This document shows, piece after piece, positions 44,779 to 55,035 of a DNA stretch of 64,000 nt. This DNA comes from an uncultured candidate division Zixibacteria bacterium. GTDB taxonomy: Bacteria > Zixibacteria > MSB-5A5 > UBA10806 > 4484-95. A program made the translations under genes and the position numbers. The stretch covers positions 256,001-320,000 of the forward strand of contig CAXXKA010000010.1 in the NCBI GenBank assembly GCA_963668625.2, read 5' to 3'. Numbering within the stretch: the stretch's first letter is position 1; the number at the start of each line of letters is the position of its first letter. Under the pieces are notes generated by a model. It did not search any database. It was not told the origin of the DNA and worked only from the letters and a program-made list of their open reading frames with translations.

Positions 44779-45111
44779 CGATTTTTGTTAGATTAGCTTG
44801 AACCCAGCTAATTGGATTATCTGCTCGTTTATTAGTGAGAGCCGGGTTAATTATAACTGAAAATTGATTGATATATGTATAGCTCATTTAATTATAATGA
44901 ATTATGCGAGGCAAAACGAACCTGTGTTAAATTATTAAGTTTAAGTCAAAGATTAGCTTGCGTAGCTCGGTTAAAAAGATTAACTTTATCGATTGTTGAG
45001 CGAATCGAAAGCAATTGAGCTAAACGATTCGGTGGTTAGTACCTTATCGCGTTTAGGTACTGGAACTTTGACGTGAAAAATAAAAACATTTAAAAATAGC
45101 GGGAGATTGGA

Positions 45112-46542
45112 ATGGCAAAAAGAGCATTGTTATTATTTCTTATGGTTGCGGTTTTAACTACCGTGGCCAATGCTGGGGGGTTCGCTTTATCTGGTGTTGG
45201 TTCGAAAGCTATTGGTATGGGCGGAGCATTCAGAGGGTTGGCGGATAATTGGTCTGCTGCCTATTGGAATCCGGCCGGATTGGCTCAACTTGAAGAGTCC
45301 GAATTGAATTTTATGGCGATCGCGATTAACCCGGTTCCCAAAATGAAACCCAATATTACTTACGGCGATTATGAAGTAGGTTACAAAAACGGCGAATGGC
45401 GCTATCCTCAGAACAAAACTCACATTGCAGCCAATATGTCCGGTTTTATAAAACTCTCCTCGCGTGAGGATATGACTATCGGGCTTGCGATTTTTGCTCC
45501 CTATGCTCTGGGCAGCAGGTGGAATCTTTTCAATCCGATAAATGGTGATGCGGTTGAGGAGTATCCCAAATGGGATCACGAGGCTACCCTCAAAGTGATT
45601 GATTTCCATCCCTCGATCGCCAAGTCGTTTATGGATGAAAAATTGATGCTGGGCGCTGGAGTTTCCATATACAAGGGGACTATCGATTTCCAGAAAACCC
45701 TGCCGATGCAAACATCATTACCCATACCGCACAATAACCTTGCTATCGATACTTTCCTTAAAGGCGATGGCTGGGGTTATGGCGCGAATTTCGGATTGCT
45801 GTATAAATTGAATGATAAATTACAGGTTGGTATCAGCGGAAAAACTCCCTCGAAACTTAAATTCGAGGGCGATGTATCCAATGCGTTATACGCTATCTAT
45901 AATCAGGCATTGCAAAATACTCTTCTGGGACAGGCTTACACCCTGGCCGACTCCATTTTGCTTAACTATGTATTTTCTACTCCGGAAGATGGCGCAAGAA
46001 GATGGAAAAGCGACGCTAAAGCGGATCTCAAGTTGCCCGGCGATATCGGCATAGGTTTCGCGTATAAGGCCACCGAGAAATTAACGATGACTCTGGATTT
46101 TAGTTACACTTTGTGGTCAAACCTCGACTCGATCATCATAGAACTCGATCCGACCACTACTTCCGGTGATGCTCCTCCTGGCGGCGCTGACGAACTGGTG
46201 ATTAGAACCAAGTGGGAGGATGTACTCAGGGTGAGTGTCGGTGGTTTATATTATGTCGCCGATCCCCTGGATGTGCGTTTCGGATTCTATTACGATCCTA
46301 CGCCGATTCCTGATGAAACATTCAGTCCTCTCTTTCTTGATATAGGTGATAAATACAGTTTCAATATTGGTTTGGCATACAGAATATCTAAACTCGAGTT
46401 CGGATACAATTTCGAGTACATCTATTTCGCTCCCAGGAGTATTGACCCTGACGGTAGCGCCGGTGATGATCTGGATAATTATCCCGGAGACTATGAGGCT
46501 CATCTTATTGCCAACCATCTTTCTCTAACTTATAGATTTTAA
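45112..46542 (+). CDS. OmpP1/FadL/TodX family outer-membrane transporter
   Basis: Signal peptide. GGFAL..VG.KA.GMGGA, AAYWNPAGL and G.GWGYG.NFG; C-terminal YRF. Confidence 0.9.
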   Translation: MAKRALLLFLMVAVLTTVANAGGFALSGVGSKAIGMGGAFRGLADNWSAAYWNPAGLAQLEESELNFMAIAINPVPKMKPNITYGDYEVGYKNGEWRYPQNKTHIAANMSGFIKLSSREDMTIGLAIFAPYALGSRWNLFNPINGDAVEEYPKWDHEATLKVIDFHPSIAKSFMDEKLMLGAGVSIYKGTIDFQKTLPMQTSLPIPHNNLAIDTFLKGDGWGYGANFGLLYKLNDKLQVGISGKTPSKLKFEGDVSNALYAIYNQALQNTLLGQAYTLADSILLNYVFSTPEDGARRWKSDAKADLKLPGDIGIGFAYKATEKLTMTLDFSYTLWSNLDSIIIELDPTTTSGDAPPGGADELVIRTKWEDVLRVSVGGLYYVADPLDVRFGFYYDPTPIPDETFSPLFLDIGDKYSFNIGLAYRISKLEFGYNFEYIYFAPRSIDPDGSAGDDLDNYPGDYEAHLIANHLSLTYRF

Positions 46543-46550
46543 TCGGGAGG

Positions 46551-47840
46551 ATGATGATGAAAAAATTAGCGATTTTAGGTTTGATTTCAATACTGGCTTT
46601 TATGGGATGTACCAATGACGACAACCCCCTGGATCCGGTTTATGAATCGGGAAGCATGACCCGTGGATTCGTTAACTCTACCAGCCTGCAGGGGAATCTT
46701 TCCGAGGTGCCTTTCGGCCGTGCCATTTACGTTTACGAGCCACCTGATTACCAGATTGCCAGCGTGGACTCTTATGAGGTTTATATCGATTCCACTCAAC
46801 CGGGTGGCTATCACTATGACACCACCTATGTCAATTATGTTGTTACTGCTGCCGATTACCCGGTGCTTTACCTGCTTCACGGTTATGGTTTCGACCATGC
46901 TTATTACCGGGATCTATTCTTGCTGCAGGATATCATGGATGAGATGATTACAAACGGTGAAATTATCCCGATGTTAGTGGTAACTCCCGATTGCAGCAAC
47001 GATTTCGGCGGTAGTTTTTACACCAACTCGCCAGTCATAAATTCATTGGATGGTGGTGGTAGCCCAATTGCTGCCTCGTTTGCCGGTAATTTCGAGGATT
47101 TCGTGGTTAACGATCTTATCGACTATATGAACGAGAGATTCAGCGCCGACACGACTGCCGCCGGCAGAGCTATTGGCGGTCATTCGATGGGCGGATATGG
47201 AGCCATGAAACTGGCTATGAAATATCCCGAACTGTTTAGTTCTGTTTCATCCATGTCAGGTGTGCTGGCATTCGATTATATGGAATTATTGTTGCCGTCA
47301 TTGTTTGACGAAAACGGCCTTACGGTAGACGACACCACCGGTTTTTACACCATGGAACCATCGGGACAGAAAAGGCTGACCTCCATGGCTTTCGCGATGG
47401 GCGCCGCTTTCAGCCCGCATGATCATCTGAATTTCGCCGATTCGACATATTTCCATCGTTTGTTAGATGTTCCCCTAATGGTTGGTATTGATTTGCCGTT
47501 CGATTATCACGCGGAATTAGTCAAGGATGATTCGCTTTCGATGTGGTGGAAATGGCAAAATAACGACCCGACTTATATGTTAAGCACGGGCGCTTATGAA
47601 GCCGGTTTCGCCGACTTACCGATTTATCTGGATTGTGCGGAAACCGATGAACTCGGTTTGCATGCGCATGCTCAGGCTTTCAGCCAGGCTTTAACTACAG
47701 CCGGTATCACCAATTATGAGATCGATTTTTATGAGGGTTATTCGGGTAATCCTGCAGATCACACCACATTTATCGCAGAAAGACTTCGCGAAGTGTTGAA
47801 ATTCCACAGCGATATTTTCCAGGAGCAGATGTCTCAATAG
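46551..47840 (+). CDS. Lipoprotein alpha/beta-hydrolase (putative esterase)
   Basis: Lipobox AFMGC. YPVLYLLHG and GHSMGGYGA nucleophile elbow; D and H near C-terminus. Confidence 0.88.
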   Translation: MMMKKLAILGLISILAFMGCTNDDNPLDPVYESGSMTRGFVNSTSLQGNLSEVPFGRAIYVYEPPDYQIASVDSYEVYIDSTQPGGYHYDTTYVNYVVTAADYPVLYLLHGYGFDHAYYRDLFLLQDIMDEMITNGEIIPMLVVTPDCSNDFGGSFYTNSPVINSLDGGGSPIAASFAGNFEDFVVNDLIDYMNERFSADTTAAGRAIGGHSMGGYGAMKLAMKYPELFSSVSSMSGVLAFDYMELLLPSLFDENGLTVDDTTGFYTMEPSGQKRLTSMAFAMGAAFSPHDHLNFADSTYFHRLLDVPLMVGIDLPFDYHAELVKDDSLSMWWKWQNNDPTYMLSTGAYEAGFADLPIYLDCAETDELGLHAHAQAFSQALTTAGITNYEIDFYEGYSGNPADHTTFIAERLREVLKFHSDIFQEQMSQ

Positions 47841-47866
47841 CGTTTGCTTACTCGTATAAATTAATT

Positions 47867-47894
47867 AAGCCGGGTCGTAAGCGACTCGGCTTTT
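47867..47894 (+). terminator. Rho-independent terminator
   Basis: AAGCCGGGTCG-taag-CGACTCGGCTTTT. Confidence 0.8.
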
Positions 47895-48054
47895 CTATTG
47901 CCATAAAGCATTGCCAAGTACGATTATCATCACTCTTTTCACTGAGCAGGATGGAATCCTTTCCTGCTTGCTTTTCGCATGCAGTGCGTGGCCGGGAATG
48001 AATGAACAAAGGACACCGTCCGTCCAGCGATGCAAGTGAAGAGCTTTTTCAACC

Positions 48055-49382
48055 CATTACTGTCCCAACGTTTTGTTTTTGAGTTGCTGTAAGTAGATAA
48101 CTGGCAAGGGATTTTAGCAAAAAATAGAATTTTTCGATTTGAACTTGGAAAGCCGATTTAGCCATACTTCCGAGGGGGGAACTCGGAAGGAGATGGCTGA
48201 TGCATTCAGGCAAGATTCTTTTATCGCAGCTTATGGACTTTGTCCCGAGATACGAATTTCTCAAATGTGTGGGACGTTACCGGGGCAATTACAAGATCAA
48301 AAGCTTTTCCTGCTGGGACCAATATCTTTGCATGGCTTTTGCTCAGCTTACTTACCGAGAGAGTCTGCGGGATATCGAGGCTTGCCTGAGGGCGGCTCAT
48401 GTTAAGCTTTATCATATGGGTATCAGAGGCAAAGTATCACGCAATACTCTAGCTCATGCCAATGAGGTGAGGGATTATCGCATTTATGAGGATTTTACCA
48501 GGACACTTATCAGCACGGCCAGAGGGTTGTATGTTAACGAGCCTTTCGGAGTGGAATTGGAGCAGACTGTTTATGCTCTCGATTCGACTACCATCGATTT
48601 GTGTTTGTCTCTTTTCCCCTGGGCTGAATTCAGGCGAAGGAAGGGAGCTATAAAGATGCACACTCTTCTGGATTTGCGCGGCAATATACCCAGCATGGTA
48701 ATTGTTACTCCCGGAAAGGTTCATGATGTAAATATCCTGGATAATCTGATGGTGGAAGCCGGCGCGATTTATATTCTGGACAAGGCTTATATAGATTATG
48801 CTCGTCTATACGGCATTCACAAATCTCTGGCATTTTTTGTAACTCGTGCCAAGAAGAACTTCAACTACAGACGCCTTTACTCTCATCCCAAGAATGTAAA
48901 AGCCGGAATAAGAAGTGACCAGACGGTTATGCTTAAAGGTTATTATGCCGGATTAGATTATCCTGAGAAGCTCAGACGCATAAGTTATATTGATCAGATA
49001 TTGGACAAACGCTTTATCTTTCTGACCAATAACTTTGATTTACCGGCAATAACAATTGCTGAACTATATCGCTGTCGTTGGCAGGTGGAACTGTTCTTCA
49101 AATGGATTAAAAGCCATCTCAGGATAAAGAAGTTTTTCGGGCTATCAGACAATGCAGTCAAGACTCAGATATGGATAGCAATCAGCATCTATGTGCTGGT
49201 AGCGATAGTGAAGAAACGTTTAAATCTTAGAGCGAGCTTATATCAAATTCTACAGATTTTAAGCGTTACCCTGTTTGAGAAAATCCCTATAGAACAAGCA
49301 CTTAGCGATATTGATACGGAAGAAATTATAACCGAAATCCCTAACCAATTGAAACTATTCAACTAACGTTGGGACAGTAGTG
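48055..49382 (+). mobile_element. IS4-family insertion sequence, 1328 bp
   Basis: Terminal IRs CATTACTGTCCCAACGTT and AACGTTGGGACAGTAGTG (17/18). 9-bp target duplication TTTTCAACC at 48046-48054 and 49383-49391. Confidence 0.95.
48200..49366 (+). CDS. IS4-family DDE transposase (DUF4372-type N-terminus)
   Basis: FAQLTYRESLRDIE, ALDSTTIDL, HDV..LD, DKAYIDY and LYRCRWQVELFFKWIK (YREK-like motif). Confidence 0.95.
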   Translation: MHSGKILLSQLMDFVPRYEFLKCVGRYRGNYKIKSFSCWDQYLCMAFAQLTYRESLRDIEACLRAAHVKLYHMGIRGKVSRNTLAHANEVRDYRIYEDFTRTLISTARGLYVNEPFGVELEQTVYALDSTTIDLCLSLFPWAEFRRRKGAIKMHTLLDLRGNIPSMVIVTPGKVHDVNILDNLMVEAGAIYILDKAYIDYARLYGIHKSLAFFVTRAKKNFNYRRLYSHPKNVKAGIRSDQTVMLKGYYAGLDYPEKLRRISYIDQILDKRFIFLTNNFDLPAITIAELYRCRWQVELFFKWIKSHLRIKKFFGLSDNAVKTQIWIAISIYVLVAIVKKRLNLRASLYQILQILSVTLFEKIPIEQALSDIDTEEIITEIPNQLKLFN

Positions 49383-49488
49383 TTTTCAACCATCTCCTGA
49401 ATTTTGGAACCAGTGGCACCGACTTAAGTCGGCAGGATAAAAGCTACCGGCCCTGTGACCGGTGATAGTTTACTGCCATAAAGCATTG

Positions 49489-49692
49489 TCAAATACGATT
49501 ATCATCATTCTTTTTCGTATCTTGCTTTTCATGACCAATCCTGGCGATATTTTTAGGTTTTATCATCATATCAATCCCGATACAGATAATTAGAATAGGC
49601 CACGCCCAATCCCATATTCCGCCATGAATTATGCCCGCATTTTTCAATAAATATATGATGCCCAGGGCAACCAGAAAAATTCCTAGCCACAT
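49489..49692 (-). CDS. Small two-TM protein (DUF5668/LiaF-TM-like)
   Basis: G..L..LG..YLL.N.G....W...WPIL.I..GI pattern; GGGAGA RBS. Confidence 0.7.
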   Translation of the reverse strand: MWLGIFLVALGIIYLLKNAGIIHGGIWDWAWPILIICIGIDMMIKPKNIARIGHEKQDTKKNDDNRI

Positions 49693-49845
49693 ATCATCTC
49701 CCTTTTCTATGTATTAGTAGAATTCTCTTTTTATTACATCTTTGCTCTTTTTTCCGATATTGATCGTTCAGTTATTTGCCGGTATAACGATACCAATAAA
49801 TAAAACTTGGAACTTAATGACCAAATGTATATTATTATAATTAAT

Positions 49846-52383
49846 ATGCTGAGAAAACTGATTTTTACGATATTCGCGCTGGTTATGTTAATTACCTCCG
49901 GATGCGTGTACTATAATCTATTTTATAATGCCGAGCATAAATTCAGAGAGGCGGAGACTAACCAGGCCAACGCCAACCAGAATAAATCAGGCAGAAGCGC
50001 AGAGGTAATTCATAATCGAGCCGGCGAACCCATCGCACCCTCGATATCGATAAACGATAAAAATTTATATAAAGCGGCTATCGATAAAGCAAACAAAGTC
50101 GTCCAATACCATCCTGATTCCAAGTATATCGATGATGCCCTCTGGCTGATCGGTAAATCTCGCTTTAATATGACTGAATATATCACGGCCGATAAGAAGT
50201 TGAGGGAATTAATTGTCAGGGATCCCAATTCCGAATATGTCGATGATGCTTATTTCTACATAGGTATGAGCCAGTTCTGGCTAAATGAATATGACAGGGC
50301 TTTGACTGCTTTCAATAATGTTCTTAACTTGAAGAAAAGTAAATATAAAGATGACGCCGCTTTTAATATCGCTTATATCGACTACCTGGAGGGTAATTTT
50401 AACAGCGCTATTACCTCGTTCAAGAAGATGATAGATGATTATCCGAAATCTGATTCCGCGGCTACCGCCCAGTTCTTTATCGCCGTAAGCTATGACAGCC
50501 TGAGGGAGAATCAATCCGCTCTGGCGGCGTACCGGTTAGTAAAAAAGTATGGCCCCTCGCATGAACTTTATTTCGATGCGCAGTTCGCCTATGGAACCTC
50601 GGCATTCAGCGCCGACTCGATCAAACTTGGTATGGGTATTTTTACGGACCTTGCCGGCGAGGAAAGGTACTACGAGAAATCATCCATTATAAAAGTTAAA
50701 TATGCCGAGGGATTATATTTGATGGGGCAAGTGGAGGAGGCGGTAAAAGAATTTCTTGATGTATGCGAAAAATATTCCAGGACCGAACAATCGACTGAGT
50801 CTTATTATCGCCTGGGTTTGATCTATCAGGATTATTATTTCGATTTGAATCAGGCTAAGGAATATTTTAATAAAGCAACGCAGGAGAAGAGGGATTCGGA
50901 TTTCAGAAATCTCGCTCTTGCCCGCTCGGCTCAGATATCCAAGCTCGAATCGTATCGTATTCAACTCGGCCTCGATACCGAGGAGATATCCGCGCCGGAC
51001 AGCGCTAAGGCCGACTCGTTAAAGGACGAACAGACCGCGGTTGATTCGGTTGCCTCGCAAGATAGACTGGATATATCACTAAAGCCGACCGGTGAAAATC
51101 CTTACGATGGTATGGATTCGGCTCAAATCGCTAATATGCCGCCGGCAATCCGTCAGATGATGGAACGTATGGATGTTAACAAGCCACAATCTAAAGATTC
51201 GCTGATTGCCGCCGAGCCGACGACTGTCGATTCGTTCACGTACTATCCCGAGTTACTTAATAGCCCTCCGTACGATATGCTTTCCATGTATTACGAGGAT
51301 ACGAATGAGGATAGTTTACTGCTGATTGCCAATCAGAATGTTAAAATCGATAGCAGCGATATCAAAAAGGGAATAGAGGTAAGATTTCTTCTGGCCGAGT
51401 TATACCATCACGATTTGAACAGACCTGATTCCGCACTGAACGAATACATACAATTGATAGATAACTATCCGGAGTCGGAATATGCCCCGAAAGCGCTATT
51501 GGCTGCAGCCTCTATTTATGAAAACAAGGCAGATACGATATTAGCCGACTCGCTGTATCGTCAATTGGTAAAAAATTATCCATCAACCGACCAGGCCCAG
51601 TTAGCGGCCGATAAAATAGAAGACGCACGAATTCCCGAGAAATACGATATCCCGGCCATGTATAGAACTGCCGAGGATCTTTTCTATGTTCAAAACGATC
51701 CGCAAGGCGCGCTCGAGAAGTTTGCCTATATCGAGGAGAACTTCCCGGAATCCGATTATGCCGCCAAAAGCGCTTTTGCCAGAGTTTATATCGAGGATCA
51801 GATAAGGCAGGAGAGAAACGATAGCTCTATTTATTTGCTGTATGCCGATATCGTGGAAAGATACCCGGAAACCCCATATGCCTATGGCGCCAAGCTGGCG
51901 ATGGGGATCGAGAAACGTGTCGATCCGCGAGTGAAAAAATCTCCGGTTAATGTCAAGAAACGTTCGAGTCAACCGGAATCACAGGATTCTCTCGATCAAG
52001 AGCTCGAGGATTCGCTGTTTGTCGGTATGCCCTGGGCGCCGCCCGCCGCCGATAGTTTCGCTTTTCTTTATCCTGAGTCGCTGCTGGATGAGGGACATCG
52101 CGAAAAAGGCAAGGTTATTTTCAAAATCAGGCTCGATCTATTCGGCAATATCACGGAACATCAGTTACTGGGAACCTCCGGCAATGAGGTCATAGATTCT
52201 GTAGCTACCGAAACTCTTTTATTAACAACATTTGACACCTCGGGTCTCGATGACTTATCTTTACTCGACGGGTATTTCAGGTATGATATCCGGTTCGAGC
52301 CTCCGGAAAACTGGGAAGACAGATACGACCGGGCCGGAGAGTATGATGAGCGATATAATCAACAGCGAGAGAGGGGACCTTGA
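49846..52383 (+). CDS. TPR-repeat lipoprotein with C-terminal TonB-like domain
   Basis: Lipobox TSGC-VYYNLFYNA. Many YP.S....A TPR repeats. C-terminal YPE...G.KGKVIFKIRLD..G.I...LLGTSGN..IDS.A. Confidence 0.75.
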   Translation: MLRKLIFTIFALVMLITSGCVYYNLFYNAEHKFREAETNQANANQNKSGRSAEVIHNRAGEPIAPSISINDKNLYKAAIDKANKVVQYHPDSKYIDDALWLIGKSRFNMTEYITADKKLRELIVRDPNSEYVDDAYFYIGMSQFWLNEYDRALTAFNNVLNLKKSKYKDDAAFNIAYIDYLEGNFNSAITSFKKMIDDYPKSDSAATAQFFIAVSYDSLRENQSALAAYRLVKKYGPSHELYFDAQFAYGTSAFSADSIKLGMGIFTDLAGEERYYEKSSIIKVKYAEGLYLMGQVEEAVKEFLDVCEKYSRTEQSTESYYRLGLIYQDYYFDLNQAKEYFNKATQEKRDSDFRNLALARSAQISKLESYRIQLGLDTEEISAPDSAKADSLKDEQTAVDSVASQDRLDISLKPTGENPYDGMDSAQIANMPPAIRQMMERMDVNKPQSKDSLIAAEPTTVDSFTYYPELLNSPPYDMLSMYYEDTNEDSLLLIANQNVKIDSSDIKKGIEVRFLLAELYHHDLNRPDSALNEYIQLIDNYPESEYAPKALLAAASIYENKADTILADSLYRQLVKNYPSTDQAQLAADKIEDARIPEKYDIPAMYRTAEDLFYVQNDPQGALEKFAYIEENFPESDYAAKSAFARVYIEDQIRQERNDSSIYLLYADIVERYPETPYAYGAKLAMGIEKRVDPRVKKSPVNVKKRSSQPESQDSLDQELEDSLFVGMPWAPPAADSFAFLYPESLLDEGHREKGKVIFKIRLDLFGNITEHQLLGTSGNEVIDSVATETLLLTTFDTSGLDDLSLLDGYFRYDIRFEPPENWEDRYDRAGEYDERYNQQRERGP

Positions 52384-53210
52384 GGAAGCACTCAGGCCTA
52401 TGTAAAATCGAAAAGGTTACCAGCTTAACCTCCAGTATTTTCAGTATAGAAATCGAATGCCCCGCCATAGCAGATAAATGTCATCCAGGACAATTCGTAC
52501 AATTGAAAATTAACGATTATCCATCATTGATATGGCCCCGACCGTTTTCCATCCATAACGCCGAAAACGGTAATATCACTTTAAGCTTAAAAAAATTCGG
52601 CACTATCACCAATCTGCTGGAAAAAAAGAAACCTGGAGATTATATACAGGTGACCGGTCCACTGGGAAATTATTTCCAGATGCCACGACCGGATAAGGAT
52701 ATTTATTTCATTGCCGGAGGAGTCGGTTTGCCCCCACTTCACTATTGTTGTATGAAAATTCTTGATTCGGGCCATCCCGCCGATAAAATTCATTTCTATT
52801 CGGGAGCGGCAACCGGTGATGATTTATTCTGCCAACAACAGATGGAGGAGTTGGGAGTGGACTATGTAGCTGCCACTGATGACGGCTCGTTCGGCATTCA
52901 AGGCTACGTTACAGAGCCGTTCTATGTGGAACTGATGAGACGTAGAACGGCCGGAGAGTCTTTCGAGCCGGTGGTTTACGGTTGTGGCCCCATGCCCATG
53001 CTCAAGCGAGTAGCCGAGATAAGCTATGGTATACCCTGCTTCGTATCATTGGAGCAACTTATGCCCTGTGGCTGGGGTGTGTGCAACGGTTGCGCGGTGA
53101 AACTGAAAAAGACCGATAATCATAAAACCGAGGATAACCGAAATTTCCGCCTTGCCAGGGTTTGCAAGGAAGGGCCTATATTTGACGCCTCGGAGGTAAT
53201 GTGGGAATAA
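52380..53210 (+). CDS. pyrK: Dihydroorotate dehydrogenase electron transfer subunit
   Basis: PGQFV, PRPFSI, GPLGN, AGGVGLPP, CGPMPML and MPCGWGVCNGC...VCKEGPIF [2Fe-2S]. Confidence 0.92.
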   Translation: MRKHSGLCKIEKVTSLTSSIFSIEIECPAIADKCHPGQFVQLKINDYPSLIWPRPFSIHNAENGNITLSLKKFGTITNLLEKKKPGDYIQVTGPLGNYFQMPRPDKDIYFIAGGVGLPPLHYCCMKILDSGHPADKIHFYSGAATGDDLFCQQQMEELGVDYVAATDDGSFGIQGYVTEPFYVELMRRRTAGESFEPVVYGCGPMPMLKRVAEISYGIPCFVSLEQLMPCGWGVCNGCAVKLKKTDNHKTEDNRNFRLARVCKEGPIFDASEVMWE

Positions 53211-54124
53211 AGCTCGAAATAGATTTAGCCGGTGTGAAACTGGTTAATCCGCTTCTAACGGCCTCCGGATGTTTCGGGTATGGCGAGGAGGCCGCCGAAT
53301 TTTATGATCTGAAATTATTGGGTGGCGTTGTCACCAAGTCGATTACACCCCATCCCCGAACCGGTCATCCCCCGCCGAAAGTGGTCGAGACTCATTCGGG
53401 TATGCTAAATGCGATTGGTCTTACCAATGTTGGTGTCGAGGAGTTTTTACGATCCAAAATGCCGTTCCTTCGCAAGTGTGGCAGTAGGGTTATAGTCAAT
53501 ATCGCCGGTACTACGGTGGATGACTATGCCGTGTTGGCCGAGCGAGTGTCCGCCGAATCCGGCGTTGACGCTCTCGAGATAAATATATCCTGCCCCAATG
53601 TCGAACGAGGAGGGATGGAGTTCGGCGCCTCGCCCGAGGGAGCCTCTAAGGTTACCGAGGCGGTCAAGAAAGTAAGCCGGGTTCCGGTCATCCCCAAGCT
53701 CTCGCCCAATGTCAGCGATATCGTAGCCGTGGCCACCGCCGTGGAAAACGCCGGAGCGGATGCTGTTTCGCTCATAAACACTCTGGTCGGTACGGCTATT
53801 GATATCGATACCGGTCAATTCAAGCTCTCAAACCGCTTTGGCGGCCTCTCCGGGCATGCTATAAAGCCGGTAGCGCTGGCTATGGTATACAAGGTAGCTA
53901 AGGCCGTCAAAATCCCCGTAATCGGCCTGGGGGGGATATCAGGCGGCGCGGATGTCATAGAGTTCATGCTAGCCGGGGCCTCCGCCGTGCAGATAGGTAC
54001 CGCCTGTTTCGCGGAGCCGATGATATTCAGCCGTATCCTAAACGAAATAGAAACTTATCTCGAAAAGCATGGCTATGAGGATATAAACCAGATTATAGGC
54101 AAAGCCGGAGAAAATATATCATGA
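53201..54124 (+). CDS. pyrD: Dihydroorotate dehydrogenase B catalytic subunit
   Basis: TASGCFG, GMLNAIGL.N.G, EINISCPN, KLSPNV, LINTL and GGLSG.AIKP. Confidence 0.95.
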   Translation: MGIKLEIDLAGVKLVNPLLTASGCFGYGEEAAEFYDLKLLGGVVTKSITPHPRTGHPPPKVVETHSGMLNAIGLTNVGVEEFLRSKMPFLRKCGSRVIVNIAGTTVDDYAVLAERVSAESGVDALEINISCPNVERGGMEFGASPEGASKVTEAVKKVSRVPVIPKLSPNVSDIVAVATAVENAGADAVSLINTLVGTAIDIDTGQFKLSNRFGGLSGHAIKPVALAMVYKVAKAVKIPVIGLGGISGGADVIEFMLAGASAVQIGTACFAEPMIFSRILNEIETYLEKHGYEDINQIIGKAGENIS

Positions 54125-54942
54125 AATTCAAAGAGAAACTTCTAGAAGCCGCCCAAACCAATAAAAGCTGGCTATGTGTAGGATTGGATCCCGACCTGAA
54201 TAAGCTGCCCGGGCCGGTCGAGAAATCAGTTGAAGGCATCGAGATATTTCTTAAAAATATCATAGATACCACGAAGGATCTGGTTTGCGCTTATAAACCC
54301 AATTCGGCATTCTACGAGCAGTTCGGCGCCGAGGGAATTACACTTCTGAAAGAAGTTATAACGTATATCCCCGATAACATCCCTGTTATTCTCGATGCCA
54401 AACGCGGGGATATCGGCAACACCTCCAGGATGTACGCTATAACAGCTTTCGAAAGCCTGGGAGCGGATGCTATCACGGTTCATCCGTATATGGGCATCGA
54501 TTCGGTCGGGCCGTTTATCGATTATGAGGATAAAGGCGTGTTCATCCTGTGTCTCACCTCCAATCCCTCCTCCGGTGATTTCCAGAAGCAGGTGCTCGAC
54601 AGCGCTAATATTTTCTACAAGCTGGTGGCTCAAACCTCTCTCGAATGGAATAAGAACGATAATATCGGACTGGTTGTCGGGGCTACCAAACCCGGCGAGT
54701 TGAAAGATATACGGAAGCTTATAGGCCAGGATATACCGCTTCTGATTCCGGGTATAGGAGCCCAGGGAGGAGACCTGCAGGAGTCTCTTAAAAGCGGCGC
54801 TAATGCAAACGGTCAACTGGCGATTATTAACGCTTCCCGTTCGGTACTATATGCCTCGGTAGAACAGGATTATCCTGATAAATCCCGGGATGAGGCTTTC
54901 AATCTGGTTTCCGCCATGAGAAGTATCTTGAATCTTAAATAA
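54121..54942 (+). CDS. pyrF: Orotidine-5'-phosphate decarboxylase
   Basis: LCVGLDP, YKPNSAFY, LDAKRGDIGNT, VVGAT and PGIGAQGG. Confidence 0.95.
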   Translation: MKFKEKLLEAAQTNKSWLCVGLDPDLNKLPGPVEKSVEGIEIFLKNIIDTTKDLVCAYKPNSAFYEQFGAEGITLLKEVITYIPDNIPVILDAKRGDIGNTSRMYAITAFESLGADAITVHPYMGIDSVGPFIDYEDKGVFILCLTSNPSSGDFQKQVLDSANIFYKLVAQTSLEWNKNDNIGLVVGATKPGELKDIRKLIGQDIPLLIPGIGAQGGDLQESLKSGANANGQLAIINASRSVLYASVEQDYPDKSRDEAFNLVSAMRSILNLK

Positions 54943-55035
54943 CATTCGTTGGACTTGGCTGTTAAGTAAACAGCTAATACTATTGTAAACTGAATATAAA
55001 ATACCTATCGGGCTATAGATAAAGGAGTGCGCAGG

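Larger units (their letters stand above)
47899..49514. repeat. Dispersed element copy 2 (IS-interrupted), flanked by 41-bp imperfect direct repeats
   Basis: TGCCATAAAGCATTG(C/T)CAA(G/A)TACGATTATCATCA(C/T)TCTTTT at 47899-47939 and 49474-49514 (3 mismatches). Confidence 0.75.
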
